Source: Actinomycetota bacterium
GTDB taxonomy: Bacteria > Actinomycetota > Actinomycetes > Nanopelagicales > Nanopelagicaceae
DNA length: 52,163 nt
Assembly: GCA_009927575.1 (NCBI GenBank)
Contig: RFMS01000123.1
Span: forward strand, 1-52,163
Direction of reading: 5' to 3'
The number at the start of each line of letters is the position of its first letter. The first letter of the stretch is position 1. The notes below the pieces were generated by a model. That model searched no databases. It had not been told where the DNA came from and saw only the letters and a program-made list of their open reading frames with translations. The translations under genes and the position numbers were made by a program. Below are positions 1-10,540 of this stretch, piece after piece.

Positions 1-291
<291 letters not shown>

Positions 292-309
292 TCAAGCGAG
301 AGCCGTACT

Positions 310-1688
310 TTACCTCGACTTAATGAACTTCAGCACCTCGTCGCGAATCGCAACCATCTCTTTGACCGTCTTTGCCTCGGCATTGAGTCGAAGTAATGGC
401 TCAGTATTGGAAGGTCGAACGTTAAACCACCATTCAGGAGCAGTCACGGTCAATCCATCGAGGCGATCAAATTCTAGGCTCCGTTGTTGGGCCTGCTGTG
501 AATAGTGCTCTTCGATTGCATGCACTGAATCTTTCGGACTCGGTACTTCAGTATTGATTTCGCCACTTTGGAAATATCGATTGTATGGAGCAAGAAGCGA
601 AGATAAAGAATCAGTACTTTCCATTAGCGCGGCGATGGCATGAAGTGCAGCCAACATTCCTGAATCTGCTCGCCAAAATTCCTTGAAGTAGAAGTGACCA
701 GAATGTTCGCCGCCGAAAATTGCACCAGTCTCTTCCATCAGTTTCTTAATATACGAATGTCCTACTCGACTACGAACGGCGGTTCCACCAGCGCTCTCTA
801 CAACTTCTCTTACTATTTGCGATGAAATAAGGTTGTAAATAATTGTTGAGCCTGGACGTTTGCGTAATTCTCGATCAGCGATGAGTGCTGTGAGCGCTGA
901 TGGCGAAACCAGTGCGCCAGTTTCATCAACAAGAAAACATCGATCTGCATCGCCATCAAAAGCTAAACCGATATCTGCTTTCTTTTTCTTCACTAATTTC
1001 TGAAGATCAACCAAATTCTCTGGAGCAATCGGATTTGCTTCGTGATTGGGAAATGACCCATCAAGTTCGAAATAGAGCGGAAAGACTTCTGCGTTCATTC
1101 GGCAAGCACTGCTGGTGCAGTATGACCTGCCATGCCATTTCCGGCATCAACTGCGATACGAAGCCTTCTGCCAGAAAAATCGTGGTCAAATAACGAATAT
1201 AAGAAATCTACATAGTCAGTGAGCATCTCTCGGCGAGATTCCTTGCCCACCGGACGATTTGAAATCGGTGATCCAGCTTCAATTGCATTTCGTATCCACG
1301 TTAAGCCAGTTTCTTGACCGATAGGACGAGCGCCGCTTTTACATAACTTAATTCCGTTATAGGCCGCTGGATTATGGCTCGCTGTAAACATCGCACCAGG
1401 CATATTTAATTTGCCCGCTGCAAAATACAATTGATCTGTCGAAGCTAATCCAATCCGGATGACATCCATGCCTTGCGACGTCACACCGTCGGCAAAAGCA
1501 TCAGCCAGTTCTGGCGAAGATGGACGCATATCTTCACCGATAACAACGGTCGCAGGTTCTCGTTCGCTTTCGAGAAAACGAGCGAATGCTGCACCTGCTG
1601 CGAAGGTGAAATCTGGCGTGAGTTCTTTATCTACAAGACCACGAATGTCATATGCCTTGATGATTTTATTGAGCAAATCTGGATTCAT
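310..1688 (-). pseudogene. manB: phosphomannomutase/phosphoglucomutase (alpha-D-phosphohexomutase family); frame broken once near 1097, probably a 1-nt deletion
   Basis: ORFs 1095..1688 (TASHNPAAYNGIK active-site loop, ...GNGMAGHTAPAVLAE*) and 310..1098 (MNAEVFPLYFELDGSFPNHEANP..., GDGDADR, GEHSGH) together make one roughly 459-aa PMM. The join falls exactly where homologs read ...PAVL..L.LVPLYFELDG. Confidence 0.85.
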
Positions 1689-1714
1689 AATTCTGTTGAG
1701 TAATGTACTTACGG

Positions 1715-2095
1715 CTAAGAGGGAAGAACTCTTAGATGGCCACGTCTTCCTTGTTGAGCACTTTTTTCACTTTTGATCTCAGCCGTACGCTCTTTCTCAA
1801 TATCCCCTAAACCAACTTCGCGAATAGCATCAGCGATCGCCATCAAATCATCTTCGCTTGGGCCACTTGAGTAACTTTCCGGATGATGTTGAAGAACGGT
1901 CCAACCCATAGGCACAGTTAATTTCTCACTATGTATTTCACATAAGTCATAGGCATGTGGTTCGGCGTATGTTGCCAGTGGACCAAGTACGGCTGTCGAG
2001 TCTGAATAAATATATGTCAGTGTTCGAACTGCAATATTGCGGCAACCAGTCCGAGAGCACGACCGTACTGATCGACGCGTCTTTTCGGTTGACAT
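1715..2095 (-). CDS. DUF3499-like small Cys-rich protein
   Basis: 126-aa ORF. CSRTGCRNIAVRTLTYIYSDSTAVLGPLATYAEPHAYDLCEIHSEKLTVPMGW matches my memory of the actinobacterial DUF3499 core (C-x4-C ... C-x2-H). It sits between the secreted protein and manB, as in other Actinomycetota. Confidence 0.65.
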   Translation of the reverse strand: MSTEKTRRSVRSCSRTGCRNIAVRTLTYIYSDSTAVLGPLATYAEPHAYDLCEIHSEKLTVPMGWTVLQHHPESYSSGPSEDDLMAIADAIREVGLGDIEKERTAEIKSEKSAQQGRRGHLRVLPS

Positions 2096-2115
2096 ACCAA
2101 CAGACTAGTGTGAAA

Positions 2116-3510
2116 TTACGAAATAGTTGCTGCGTTGGAAATTGGTTTCGCAGCCGTGTCGAGAATTGAACCTGATTTAAGTGGCAAGAAGGCGATTCCC
2201 GATGCACCTCGCCATGTCAGGGCTCCACCCGATAGTGAAGCGCCACGAGGCGTGCGAGTTATAACAAGTTGTCGGGTATTTGCCGGTACCTGCCACAGGA
2301 GAAAATCACTTTCATGGAAGGTCTTGCTAGAAACTTTGCCTTTGGTATTTGTCCAGGAAATAACAACATCAATATTGTCACTGACTAATGTAAGTGTTGG
2401 TTCTAGCCCACCGAGATTTAACGTAATCGGGCCACTTGCTAACTCATCAGCGCTCTGACTTGGAGTACTCCATAGAAATTCTCGAAATGATTGTGACTCA
2501 AAATAGGTGTAGACCGAGGCAACGAGGTTTTGATCTGCAGAAATTTTTACTCCAAAAGAGCCCACACCAAGATCGCCATCGAGGGCAATCTCTCGAACCA
2601 CGCCAGGTGCAAGATTAATTGCATTAAGTCCAATCGGAGTGATCACGCTTTGAGAATTCGAGACTTGCACTGTCGCAGTAGTTTTAATATCTCCAGCATT
2701 CATAATTCGCAAAATATGTTTCACATTGATGGAACTGGTTTTGGACTTCTTCTTTTTCTTTGCCGTCGACGTTGAACTTGTCGATTGCGTTTGTTGAGTC
2801 GTGCTCAAACTTGTGGGAATACCTGCTATAAAAAGTGTAGGTGAACTAAATGATTGTGTATTGACATAATCGCCACCGTAGGTGCGAAGTCCTTTCTTTC
2901 GTTCATCGAAGAGATATGACGTGATTCGGCCAGTTCGCGTAATGAGATGAAGGGCAAGTGCTGAACTGCCAGGAGCGATTGAATCGAGGCGAATATCTTT
3001 CTGAGAGCTTTGCTTTACGGTGTAGGAAAGTTTGGCAATCGATCCTTTCTCTGAATACGCGGTGATATCTATTACCGCATCGCTCAAACCGCTATTCACT
3101 AATGAGAGATAGGACTGGCTCGTAATATCTGCACTCCCCCCGACAAACCAACTATCCGAAATACCTGCAGTACACATTGTTGCGCCGGTCCAGGTTGAAC
3201 TCTTCGTTTGTATTGCAAAAGTTGTGCCACTGTTTCCTGCTACGAGTAGTGGTGATTTACCAACTTGATGGCTAATTGCGCCAGCGCTGCGATACTTCAA
3301 AACTTTTTTACTGGCAAAAACATCGTGAATCTGAACTTTCTTGCTGGGTAACGCGGCAGTGACAACGCCACCATTAGCAGACGCAGGACACGCTGTAGGT
3401 GAAAAATTCTGAGTAACACGCGCCGTTGTGACTTGATGAGAGAAAAGCAGCGTGGCAAGAAGCGATGCCAAGACAAAGATAATGAATCCGACGCCAGGAA
3501 TTTTTCTCAT
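2116..3510 (-). CDS. hypothetical secreted or membrane-anchored protein (possibly DUF5719-like)
   Basis: 464-aa ORF with an N-terminal signal anchor (MRKIPGVGFIIFVLASLLATLLF) and a Ser/Thr/Lys-rich linker (TTQQTQSTSSTSTAKKKKKSKTSS). Its ATG overlaps the upstream stop in ATGA (3507-3510). The family assignment is from memory only. Confidence 0.55.
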   Translation of the reverse strand: MRKIPGVGFIIFVLASLLATLLFSHQVTTARVTQNFSPTACPASANGGVVTAALPSKKVQIHDVFASKKVLKYRSAGAISHQVGKSPLLVAGNSGTTFAIQTKSSTWTGATMCTAGISDSWFVGGSADITSQSYLSLVNSGLSDAVIDITAYSEKGSIAKLSYTVKQSSQKDIRLDSIAPGSSALALHLITRTGRITSYLFDERKKGLRTYGGDYVNTQSFSSPTLFIAGIPTSLSTTQQTQSTSSTSTAKKKKKSKTSSINVKHILRIMNAGDIKTTATVQVSNSQSVITPIGLNAINLAPGVVREIALDGDLGVGSFGVKISADQNLVASVYTYFESQSFREFLWSTPSQSADELASGPITLNLGGLEPTLTLVSDNIDVVISWTNTKGKVSSKTFHESDFLLWQVPANTRQLVITRTPRGASLSGGALTWRGASGIAFLPLKSGSILDTAAKPISNAATIS

Positions 3511-6500
3511 GCTAATTCCTCAAGAGGCACTTCTCTGCGGCGACGACCTCGTGGTGCTGCGAGAACAATTAACGTAATGATCACGATTGCTTGCAGTGAA
3601 ATGAGCGCTCTTCTTTGGGTGCCATCGTGAAAGATTTGAATGACGCCTTTCTCAGGGATTGAAAATGCAGGATAACCTTCAGGTGATTTCTCAATCGGAA
3701 GTGAACGACCATTAAATAAAAGTTTCCACTTGCCATCAAATTTCTCTGCTATTACTAATGTTCCTTTGCTCGGCGCAATTGTTTTTGCTCCAATATCACC
3801 GCTTGAAACTTCAAGCGTTGATGCGTCGGCAAATGTCATTGATATTCGTGTGCGAGCATTTGTAATTTTCCAAGAAATACCATCTCTGGTTGCAGATGAC
3901 CTCGTGAATCCCCCAATTCCATCAATAGTTCTCACTAAATCTTGATCGATCGGCTGTGACAAAAAGAGGTATTTAATTCCGAAATTGCCAAGCACCTGAC
4001 TACTTGAGACTCCTACACCAGTAACTAAATCTGCCACTGCTTGATTCACTTGTGAATCAACGTCATAAAGTGGATCAGCGTCACCTAATTCCAAACTCTT
4101 GTCGCGAGCAATAAAGTAAGTAATTTTATTTTTCTGAGAAGCGATAACTAGAGTTTTGAATCGCGAGGGGGTCTCACCACTTGCACTGATAAAAGCCGGC
4201 AATTTTGCTTGGTGGCTACTCGTAACTAATGAATCTGCCCCTGATGTAACCCACCACGATGCTGTGATGAGAAGTGATGCCAATGAGATTGATGGAAATA
4301 CTTAACGTCAAAATATGTCGATATCCGACATGAGATTGTGAAAGAAGTGGGACATGTCGATCTCCGAGGCGCACCGCGGCGATAACAGAAGCAAATGTTG
4401 CTAGCGCTAACAAACTTCCAACGTACGGAGCGATTGGTTGAAAATTTCCATGGCCGGCTACGGGAAAAATAGTTGCGAGCAAAGCAATTGAAAAACAGGT
4501 AAGCGAGAGCTCGCCATAAATTCTTGTTATTGAACTAAAAAGTGCGGTGACTGAGATGAGAAGCGCAGGTGTAATAATCCAAAGCGGTATTCCAAGTGAA
4601 CCACCGGGATTGCCCAGAAGAATTTTTAGAGTGTCATCGGAAGCAATTTGAAGACCAGGTTCAATGAGAAATCGAGACGGATGCCGCAGTAACGTAAATG
4701 ACCAAGGGAATCCGGAAATTAGCGGAATCAAAATGAGTGCAATGACTCTCGCGCCTTCGTGAGTGAAAAAATCCTTTCGTTAAATAGTTGAGTGCGGATT
4801 CTCTCCGTCACAAATGTGACTACAGGAATTAACTGCCAGAGTACAACGGTTAGAAATAACAGTGGTGAAAAGAAGAAAATAACGGTGTCACACAATCCGA
4901 GGAAAAAAACTCGCTGCCAATTGAGTTCGGTGATAGATCGATTCATAAGAGTTCCGCAATACAAAGGTGCGACGATTGCGATAACTAGTGTGCCGAATGT
5001 TCCGACATGAAGTGAATTGAGGAGCGCCGGCGAAAGCGCGTACAAGCCCGCGCCGCTCAGAGCAATTACTCGATTGTTTGTAAATCTTCTCGCGTATTTG
5101 TAGGTCAAAACAAAGACGAGTGGGACAGCCAGTAAAAATAGAAGCGAGAAGAAAAGTTTTAAATTACCTAACGTTATTAGGCTGGCAAAACCGAACATGA
5201 AAATCCACGGTGAAGCGCTCGCGCTACTTCCTTGACCGACCGTATGCCACGATTCCGTGTATTTTCGGAGGAGGTCAACACCACTTGCCGGAATGGGTGA
5301 AAGCGCGCCACCAGCAATATCGCCAATTCGATTTCGTGATGCAATAAGCGTTATTAGAATCAGTGCAAAGGTAAAGACATAAATTGGTCGCGAAATAAAT
5401 GATTTCAATCGCGTGAATTGCTCATCATCGGTGATGAGTTCATCACCTTCTTCACTTGAACTTTCTTCGTTACCTAAATTAATTGTTGGAAGCGTGAGCT
5501 CTTCGGACTCTTGCTGATCTCCTTTGATCCACCCCGTTTGAGCGCTTCGACGGTCAAAATAGCGAGCAATGGCAGCTCGTGCGCGATCAACAGCTAAGCT
5601 GATTTGGTTTCCTCGAGGCGGAATAAAATCAGCGATGATTCGTGATGAGAGAAGACGTACTTTTCTTCGTTGTTTTCTTGCATCGAATATCAAGGTTGGT
5701 TTAATAAAGAGCAAGCCGACTGCGCCAATCTCATCAGCTGCATACCCAGGTAATTTTGCAAAGAGATAACCAATGGATCTCACTACCGCCGAAAAAAGAA
5801 GTTGCACCGTTATGAGTGGTAACCACCACCACGAAGCATTAACCAGCAAGACGTACGCTGCATTTCGACGATCTAGTAATAATGGTCGACGAAGAAATGC
5901 TTCCGATACATCAACGGAACGACGCTCACTTGATGCAGCTTCTGCGTGATAGACAACGGCATCAGAGACTGCGATAACAGAGTGACCCGCTGTTCGCGCC
6001 CGCCAACCAAAATCAACATCATCACGGAAGAGTGAGAGATTTGGATCTAACCCTCCAAGCTCTTCATAGACATCGCGCCTGACAAGAGCGCCAGCGGTAT
6101 TCACTGCGAGAACGTCACGAACGCCATCATGTTGTCCTTGATCTTGTTCGCGGTACTCCATGCCCGTCCACCGTGCACCATTTGGTGCGATGCTGACGCC
6201 CATTTCGAGAATATGGTTCCGGTCATACCAACCAAGAATTTTTGGACCTGCAATTGCAGCATTGGGGCGTTCGTCAACTGCTTTTAACAACTCCGCCAAA
6301 GCGTTCTTTTTTGGCGCACAATCATCATGAATCAACCAGAGCCATTCAACTATTTTCTCTTCAGTGCTGCGTTGTTTTATTCGAGGGATTTTTGTCAGCG
6401 CTTCATTAATTGCATCGCCAAAACCGGTGCCACGCGACATTGAATAGGTTTTGAAATCTGAACTCTTGAGAAGTTTTACTGAGCCATCTTGCGATTCAGT

Positions 6501-6632
6501 ATCGATTGCGATCGCAACATCAATGGGGTGACTTTGCGAAGCGAGCGCTGCAACAACTTTAGGAATCCATGTTTCACCATCATGTGCGACAAGAATTGCG
6601 GTGACATGATGGCGTGTACTTATCTCGGCCAT
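3507..6632 (-). pseudogene. large family 2 glycosyltransferase fused to a polytopic membrane domain and an extracytoplasmic C-terminal domain; read in three frames as sequenced (indels near 4766-4771 and within 4216-4300)
   Basis: ORF 4728..6632 has a GT2 fold (VTAILVAHDGETWIP, LWLIHDDC, FRDDVDFGWR) followed by TM helices. The frame of ORF 4216..4731 stays open 48 nt upstream of its TTG (back to a TAA) and crosses an A6 run. ORF 3507..4283 continues a TM helix from ORF 4216..4731 and ends with a TM plus RGRRRR. The three sum to about 1060 aa. Confidence 0.6.
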
Positions 6633-6675
6633 AGTGATGTCACCACCTCGCCGACTTTAAAAGCCGTGTAGAAAT

Positions 6676-6966
6676 TTAAGCGGGTCTACGCTTCAACCGG
6701 CGTCGTTCACGCTCCGATAGTCCGCCCCAGATTCCGAATCGTTCATCGTGAGCTAGCGCGTACTCGAGACATTCTGAGCGAACTTCACATGACATGCAAA
6801 CGCGCTTGGCTTCCCGAGTGGAACCGCCTTTTTCTGGGAAAAATGCTTCGGGGTCAGTCTGCGCGCAGAGCGCACGCTCCTGCCAGGAAAGTTCGACAAT
6901 TTCGCCATTACCTAATTGAATGCTTGGACCGACGTTGGAATATTCACTGCGTCGAAGTTCAGACAT
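6676..6966 (-). CDS. whiB: WhiB-family Fe-S transcriptional regulator (WhiB2/WhmD-like by context)
   Basis: 96-aa ORF with the four-Cys WhiB core and turn: CAQTDPEAFFPEKGGSTREAKRVCMSCEVRSECLEYALAHDERFGIWGGLSERERRRLKR. Confidence 0.9.
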   Translation of the reverse strand: MSELRRSEYSNVGPSIQLGNGEIVELSWQERALCAQTDPEAFFPEKGGSTREAKRVCMSCEVRSECLEYALAHDERFGIWGGLSERERRRLKRRPA

Positions 6967-7043
6967 CTACATACTCCTCAAGTCACTTCGATCTGATTGA
7001 TTCAGTTCGAAGGGGCCCCCTGAGCGGTGGCGCTACTGGCTGA

Positions 7044-7072
7044 ATTACACGCGTGTTATTCGTTTGAGTCAA
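7044..7072 (-). promoter_or_regulatory. candidate sigma-70-type promoter for whiB (TTGACT-N17-TGTAAT)
   Basis: On the minus strand, TTGACT lies at 7072..7067 and TGTAAT at 7049..7044, with a 17-nt spacer. This is inside the only sizeable gap (6967..7085) and leaves a leader of about 70 nt. Pattern match only. Confidence 0.25.
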
Positions 7073-7085
7073 GTCCATTAAAGGG

Positions 7086-8063
7086 CTAAAAACCTAAAAT
7101 GGCGGAATTTTCGTTGGAATTCTCGCTAATAACTGCGTTTTCTCTCACAAAAGTATTCACTAAAGTCGAATTCGCACCGATCATCGCGCCTGCTTCAACA
7201 ATCGAGCCAGAAATTGTGCAGCCACTTTCGATTCGTGCGCCTCTGCCAATGAAACTGCCCTCACCTATGTGAGCATCTGGCGCGATAATCGCTCCATCTT
7301 CAATGAGTGCACCACCTGAGTGAGAAGGTGTGGCAGGTGAAGTGAATTCATGAGTGAGCAAATCTCGAGAGGCTTTAATCAACGCCGCCGGCGTGCCAAT
7401 ATCGAGCCAGTAACTTCTATCAACAAAGCCTTTGACAACCAAACCTTCTTCGAGGATTTTCGGAAAAGTTTCACGCTCCACACTCACAACAGTTTCCGCG
7501 GGAATCTGCTGGAAAACAGTTTCGTCAAATATGTAACAACCAGCATTAATTAAATTCGTTACAGGGTTTTCCATCTTCTCCAAGAATGCTGTGACATTTC
7601 CTTTTTCATCAATAGGAACACAGCCAAATGCTCGTGCATCTGGAACTTCTGTTAAATATAACGTTACCGCTGCCTGTTCACGTTGATGAAATGAAATCTG
7701 TCCGGCGAGATCATGACCGCTAAGTACGTCGCCATTGAAAATCACAACCGAATCACCTGGTTGTAAATCAAGTACTTGGCTGGCGTTCTTTATTGCACCA
7801 CCAGTACCTAGCGCCTCTTTCTCTACTGCATAATGAATTTTCATTCCCATCGTTGAACCATCGCCAAAATGTGGTTCAAATACTTCTGCCATAAAAGAAG
7901 TCGCGAGCGCTATTTCTGTAACGCCAGCAGATTTTGCTTTCGCTAATTGGTGTTGCGTAAAAGGCACGCCAGCCACTTTTAACATTGGCTTGGGGGTTTT
8001 CTCGGTTAACGGAAGAAGCCTGGTGCCACGGCCACCTACAAGCAAAATCCCCTTAATTGCCAC
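7086..8063 (-). CDS. mannose-1-phosphate guanylyltransferase-type sugar nucleotidyltransferase (ManC/Rv3264c-like)
   Basis: 325-aa ORF. N-terminal KGILLVGGRGTRLLPLTEKTPKPML nucleotidyltransferase motif plus a C-terminal left-handed beta-helix hexapeptide region. Confidence 0.8.
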   Translation of the reverse strand: MAIKGILLVGGRGTRLLPLTEKTPKPMLKVAGVPFTQHQLAKAKSAGVTEIALATSFMAEVFEPHFGDGSTMGMKIHYAVEKEALGTGGAIKNASQVLDLQPGDSVVIFNGDVLSGHDLAGQISFHQREQAAVTLYLTEVPDARAFGCVPIDEKGNVTAFLEKMENPVTNLINAGCYIFDETVFQQIPAETVVSVERETFPKILEEGLVVKGFVDRSYWLDIGTPAALIKASRDLLTHEFTSPATPSHSGGALIEDGAIIAPDAHIGEGSFIGRGARIESGCTISGSIVEAGAMIGANSTLVNTFVRENAVISENSNENSAILGF

Positions 8064-9117
8064 GTGTTATTCGCTCCGCAGCTTCACGGATCTTCTCGTC
8101 TGTCGCAGTCAGGGCAACGCGAATATATTTTTCGCCAGCGCTACCATAAAAACTTCCTGGCGTTGCAAGTATGCCGCGATCGGCCAACCAACTCACGCTC
8201 TCCCAATCACTTTCATGACGAGTGCACCAGAGATATAACCCAGCACCAGAAAATTCAGTAACGAATCCAACTTTATCTAGCGCAGCTCTCATCACTTTTC
8301 TTCGTTGACGATAGAGCTCTGCTTGTCGATGGACATGAGATTCATCGCCGAGTGCAGTTGTCATCGCATTCTGCACCGGAAGTGGCACCATCATTCCGGC
8401 ATGCTTTCGAATCTCTAAAAGTTTCTTAATGATGGCGCTGTCACCAACAATGAATGCGCCACGATACCCAGCAAAATTAGAGCGCTTTGAAAGTGAATGC
8501 ACGGCAATAATGTTGGTGTTATCACCATCAGTTAATGACAAGATTGAAAACGGTGTATCTGAATCAGGAAATGGCACATAACATTCATCGGAGGCTAATA
8601 CTCGATTTCCATTACGAGCCCAACTAATAACGCTCCGCAATTCAGATTCGGAGTGGACTCTGCCGGTTGGATTAGATGGCGTATTGATCCACGCTAGATC
8701 TGCCGTTGGCCACGTGGTTGCATCAATACCAACTTCTTTAACTGTTGCATTAGCGATTAAGGCGCCGACTTTGTAACTAGGGTAAGCAATTTCAGGGATG
8801 AGAACTGTTTTTGATTCGAGGAATGTTGGCAACCAGGCAACAAGTTCTTTTGAACCAATTGTTGGTAGTACATCAAAGTCGCCACGTGCGCCGAGTATTT
8901 CGCTCGAATATTTTCTGAGCGCTTCTCGCAATTGCGCGGTACCGGCTGTCACTGGATAAGAAGGTGAGTTAGAACTTTCCTGAAGCGAACGCTGAATGAA
9001 CTCAGGAGTTGGATCGACCGGTGTTCCCTGCGAGAGATCAATAATTCCCGCTGGATGTTGCCGGGCTCGATCGCCATATGGAGCGAGCGTGTCCCAAGGG
9101 AAATCTGGAAGCTTCAC
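8053..9117 (-). CDS. dapC: succinyldiaminopimelate aminotransferase (class I PLP aminotransferase)
   Basis: 354-aa ORF. LPDFPWDTLAPYGDRARQHPAGIIDLSQGTPVDPTP N-terminus and SLSKRSNFAGYR PLP-lysine motif. It lies next to ferredoxin as in mycobacteria. Confidence 0.75.
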   Translation of the reverse strand: MKLPDFPWDTLAPYGDRARQHPAGIIDLSQGTPVDPTPEFIQRSLQESSNSPSYPVTAGTAQLREALRKYSSEILGARGDFDVLPTIGSKELVAWLPTFLESKTVLIPEIAYPSYKVGALIANATVKEVGIDATTWPTADLAWINTPSNPTGRVHSESELRSVISWARNGNRVLASDECYVPFPDSDTPFSILSLTDGDNTNIIAVHSLSKRSNFAGYRGAFIVGDSAIIKKLLEIRKHAGMMVPLPVQNAMTTALGDESHVHRQAELYRQRRKVMRAALDKVGFVTEFSGAGLYLWCTRHESDWESVSWLADRGILATPGSFYGSAGEKYIRVALTATDEKIREAAERITRGN

Positions 9118-9147
9118 TATCCCTCGTTCTCTGGAATGGCGACGTGT

Positions 9148-9471
9148 TTATTCAGCAGGCTTTTTTTGAATGGAAAGAACAACTTTGTGGTCGCGACCAG
9201 TTGGACCTACCTTGCTTGCGCCGCCTGGTGAGCCAAGTTCTTCAAAGAATTCCGCATTCGCGTTGGTGAAATCTTTCCATTGTGACGGGACATCATCTTC
9301 ATAATAAATCGCTTCGACTGGGCAGACTGGTTCGCAGGCACCGCAATCAACGCACTCATCGGGTTGGATGTAGAGCATACGTTCGCCTTCGTAGATGCAA
9401 TCAACCGGGCACTCTTCGATACATGACTTATCTTTAATATCTACACAAGGTTCAGCGATGATGTATGTCAT
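9148..9471 (-). CDS. fdxA: 7Fe ferredoxin
   Basis: Internal ATG of ORF 9148..9651 (codon 61). The product MTYIIAEPCVDIKDKSCIEECPVDCIYEGERMLYIQPDECVDCGACEPVCPVEAIYYEDD is a typical [3Fe-4S][4Fe-4S] ferredoxin of 107 aa. Confidence 0.9.
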   Translation of the reverse strand: MTYIIAEPCVDIKDKSCIEECPVDCIYEGERMLYIQPDECVDCGACEPVCPVEAIYYEDDVPSQWKDFTNANAEFFEELGSPGGASKVGPTGRDHKVVLSIQKKPAE

Positions 9472-9507
9472 GGCTGAAATCTTACAACTCTGAGGTAGAA
9501 ATATCTT

Positions 9508-10527
9508 GTGAAGAACTCGGTGGAAGAGCTCAACTCTGCGCTCGGCCAACGGGTTTCGGTGCGAATCCAGATTAAGGGCGGTTACCAAGACTTTCTCGGA
9601 GTTCTTGAAGCTCCAGGTGAAATAAGAAAGAAGGATGGCTCGCTCGCGCAATTTGATCAGAGTTCGATTTATGCCTGGCGAATTGTCGAACCGATCACTG
9701 AAGTTGGTAAAGGGTCGCCACTTTCACTTCGGATCAGAGAGATTGAATTGGCCGCCTTTCATACATGGCTACCGCGTTTCACTCAGGAACGCGGACCTTG
9801 GCAGATCCGAATTGATAGCGGAATTACAAAACGAGCCAATTCAGTATTAGTACTCGGAGATCCAGTAAATAATTCAGACCATGCCCTCCAACAAGAAATT
9901 CAGGACGCACAAAAACTATTTTCACAATCTGGATTGCCATTAGTTTTTATGGTGCCAACACCTTTAGGGGGAAGAACTGAAGAATTTCTCCGCCAAAACA
10001 ATTGGGAGACCAATGGCGAAATTCTCACCATGATTGGCGATGCTGATGTGATCACTCCAGCCGATGAAAATTTCCACCTCGAAGTTTTAGATAATCCATC
10101 AGCAGAATGGCTTGAATTAGAGAGCGACCAAGGGCTTCACGAACTTTTCACGCGTACGCCTGCTTCATATATTTCTATTACACAACAGAGTGCTAGTCGC
10201 AATGCATTTTTAAATCAAGAAAATGGTCACGAACAAGATAATGATCATGAACAAGATAAGAATGAAATCCTTGCACGAGGTCGGATTGGATTTGATAACT
10301 CGTGGGGAATTTTGACTAGAGTCTTTGTCAAGGAAAGCAGTCGTGGCCAAGGGCTAGGTGAAACGATAGTTCGCGCAGCTGCAGATATCGCTCGGAGAAG
10401 AAATATTCGTCAGCTTGCGCTTCATGTTGATGCAGATAATGTTTCAGCAATTGCGCTGTATTCGAAACTCGGATTTCGAAAACATCACGTGTCCGGTTCT
10501 ATCAAAATAGATCAATTGATTCTCTAG
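9508..10527 (+). CDS. GNAT-family N-acetyltransferase with an extended N-terminal domain
   Basis: 339-aa ORF. C-terminal acetyl-CoA motif (VKESSRGQGLGETIVRAAADIARRRNIRQLALHVDADNVSAIALYSKLGF). Confidence 0.7.
   Translation: MKNSVEELNSALGQRVSVRIQIKGGYQDFLGVLEAPGEIRKKDGSLAQFDQSSIYAWRIVEPITEVGKGSPLSLRIREIELAAFHTWLPRFTQERGPWQIRIDSGITKRANSVLVLGDPVNNSDHALQQEIQDAQKLFSQSGLPLVFMVPTPLGGRTEEFLRQNNWETNGEILTMIGDADVITPADENFHLEVLDNPSAEWLELESDQGLHELFTRTPASYISITQQSASRNAFLNQENGHEQDNDHEQDKNEILARGRIGFDNSWGILTRVFVKESSRGQGLGETIVRAAADIARRRNIRQLALHVDADNVSAIALYSKLGFRKHHVSGSIKIDQLIL
10225..10260 (+). repeat. imperfect in-frame 18-nt tandem duplication inside the GNAT gene
   Basis: ggtcacgaacaagataat / gatcatgaacaagataag are 15/18 identical and encode GHEQDN/DHEQDK in an acidic linker. 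Confidence 0.7.
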
Positions 10528-10540
10528 AAAAAGCGAACCG

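Noticed and set aside
2741-2812. Lys/Ser/Thr-coding low-complexity tract (AKKKKKSKTSS) as a slippery or phase-variable repeat
   Set aside because: The codons are mixed (aag/aaa interrupted by other codons) and there is no long perfect homopolymer or unit repeat. The tract is in frame. It looks like an ordinary flexible linker.
4728-4731. TTGA junction between ORFs 4728..6632 and 4216..4731 as genuine translational coupling of two genes
   Set aside because: The downstream frame remains open for 48 nt upstream of the TTG (back to a TAA) and encodes a plausible TM continuation (GARVIALILIPLISGFPW). An A6 homopolymer (4766-4771) lies exactly in that interval. A homopolymer indel in one long gene is more likely.
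9472-9651. 60-codon N-terminal extension of the ferredoxin ORF
   Set aside because: Ferredoxins of this class start at MTYIIAEPC. The extension overlaps the divergent GNAT gene start and has no ferredoxin-like sequence.
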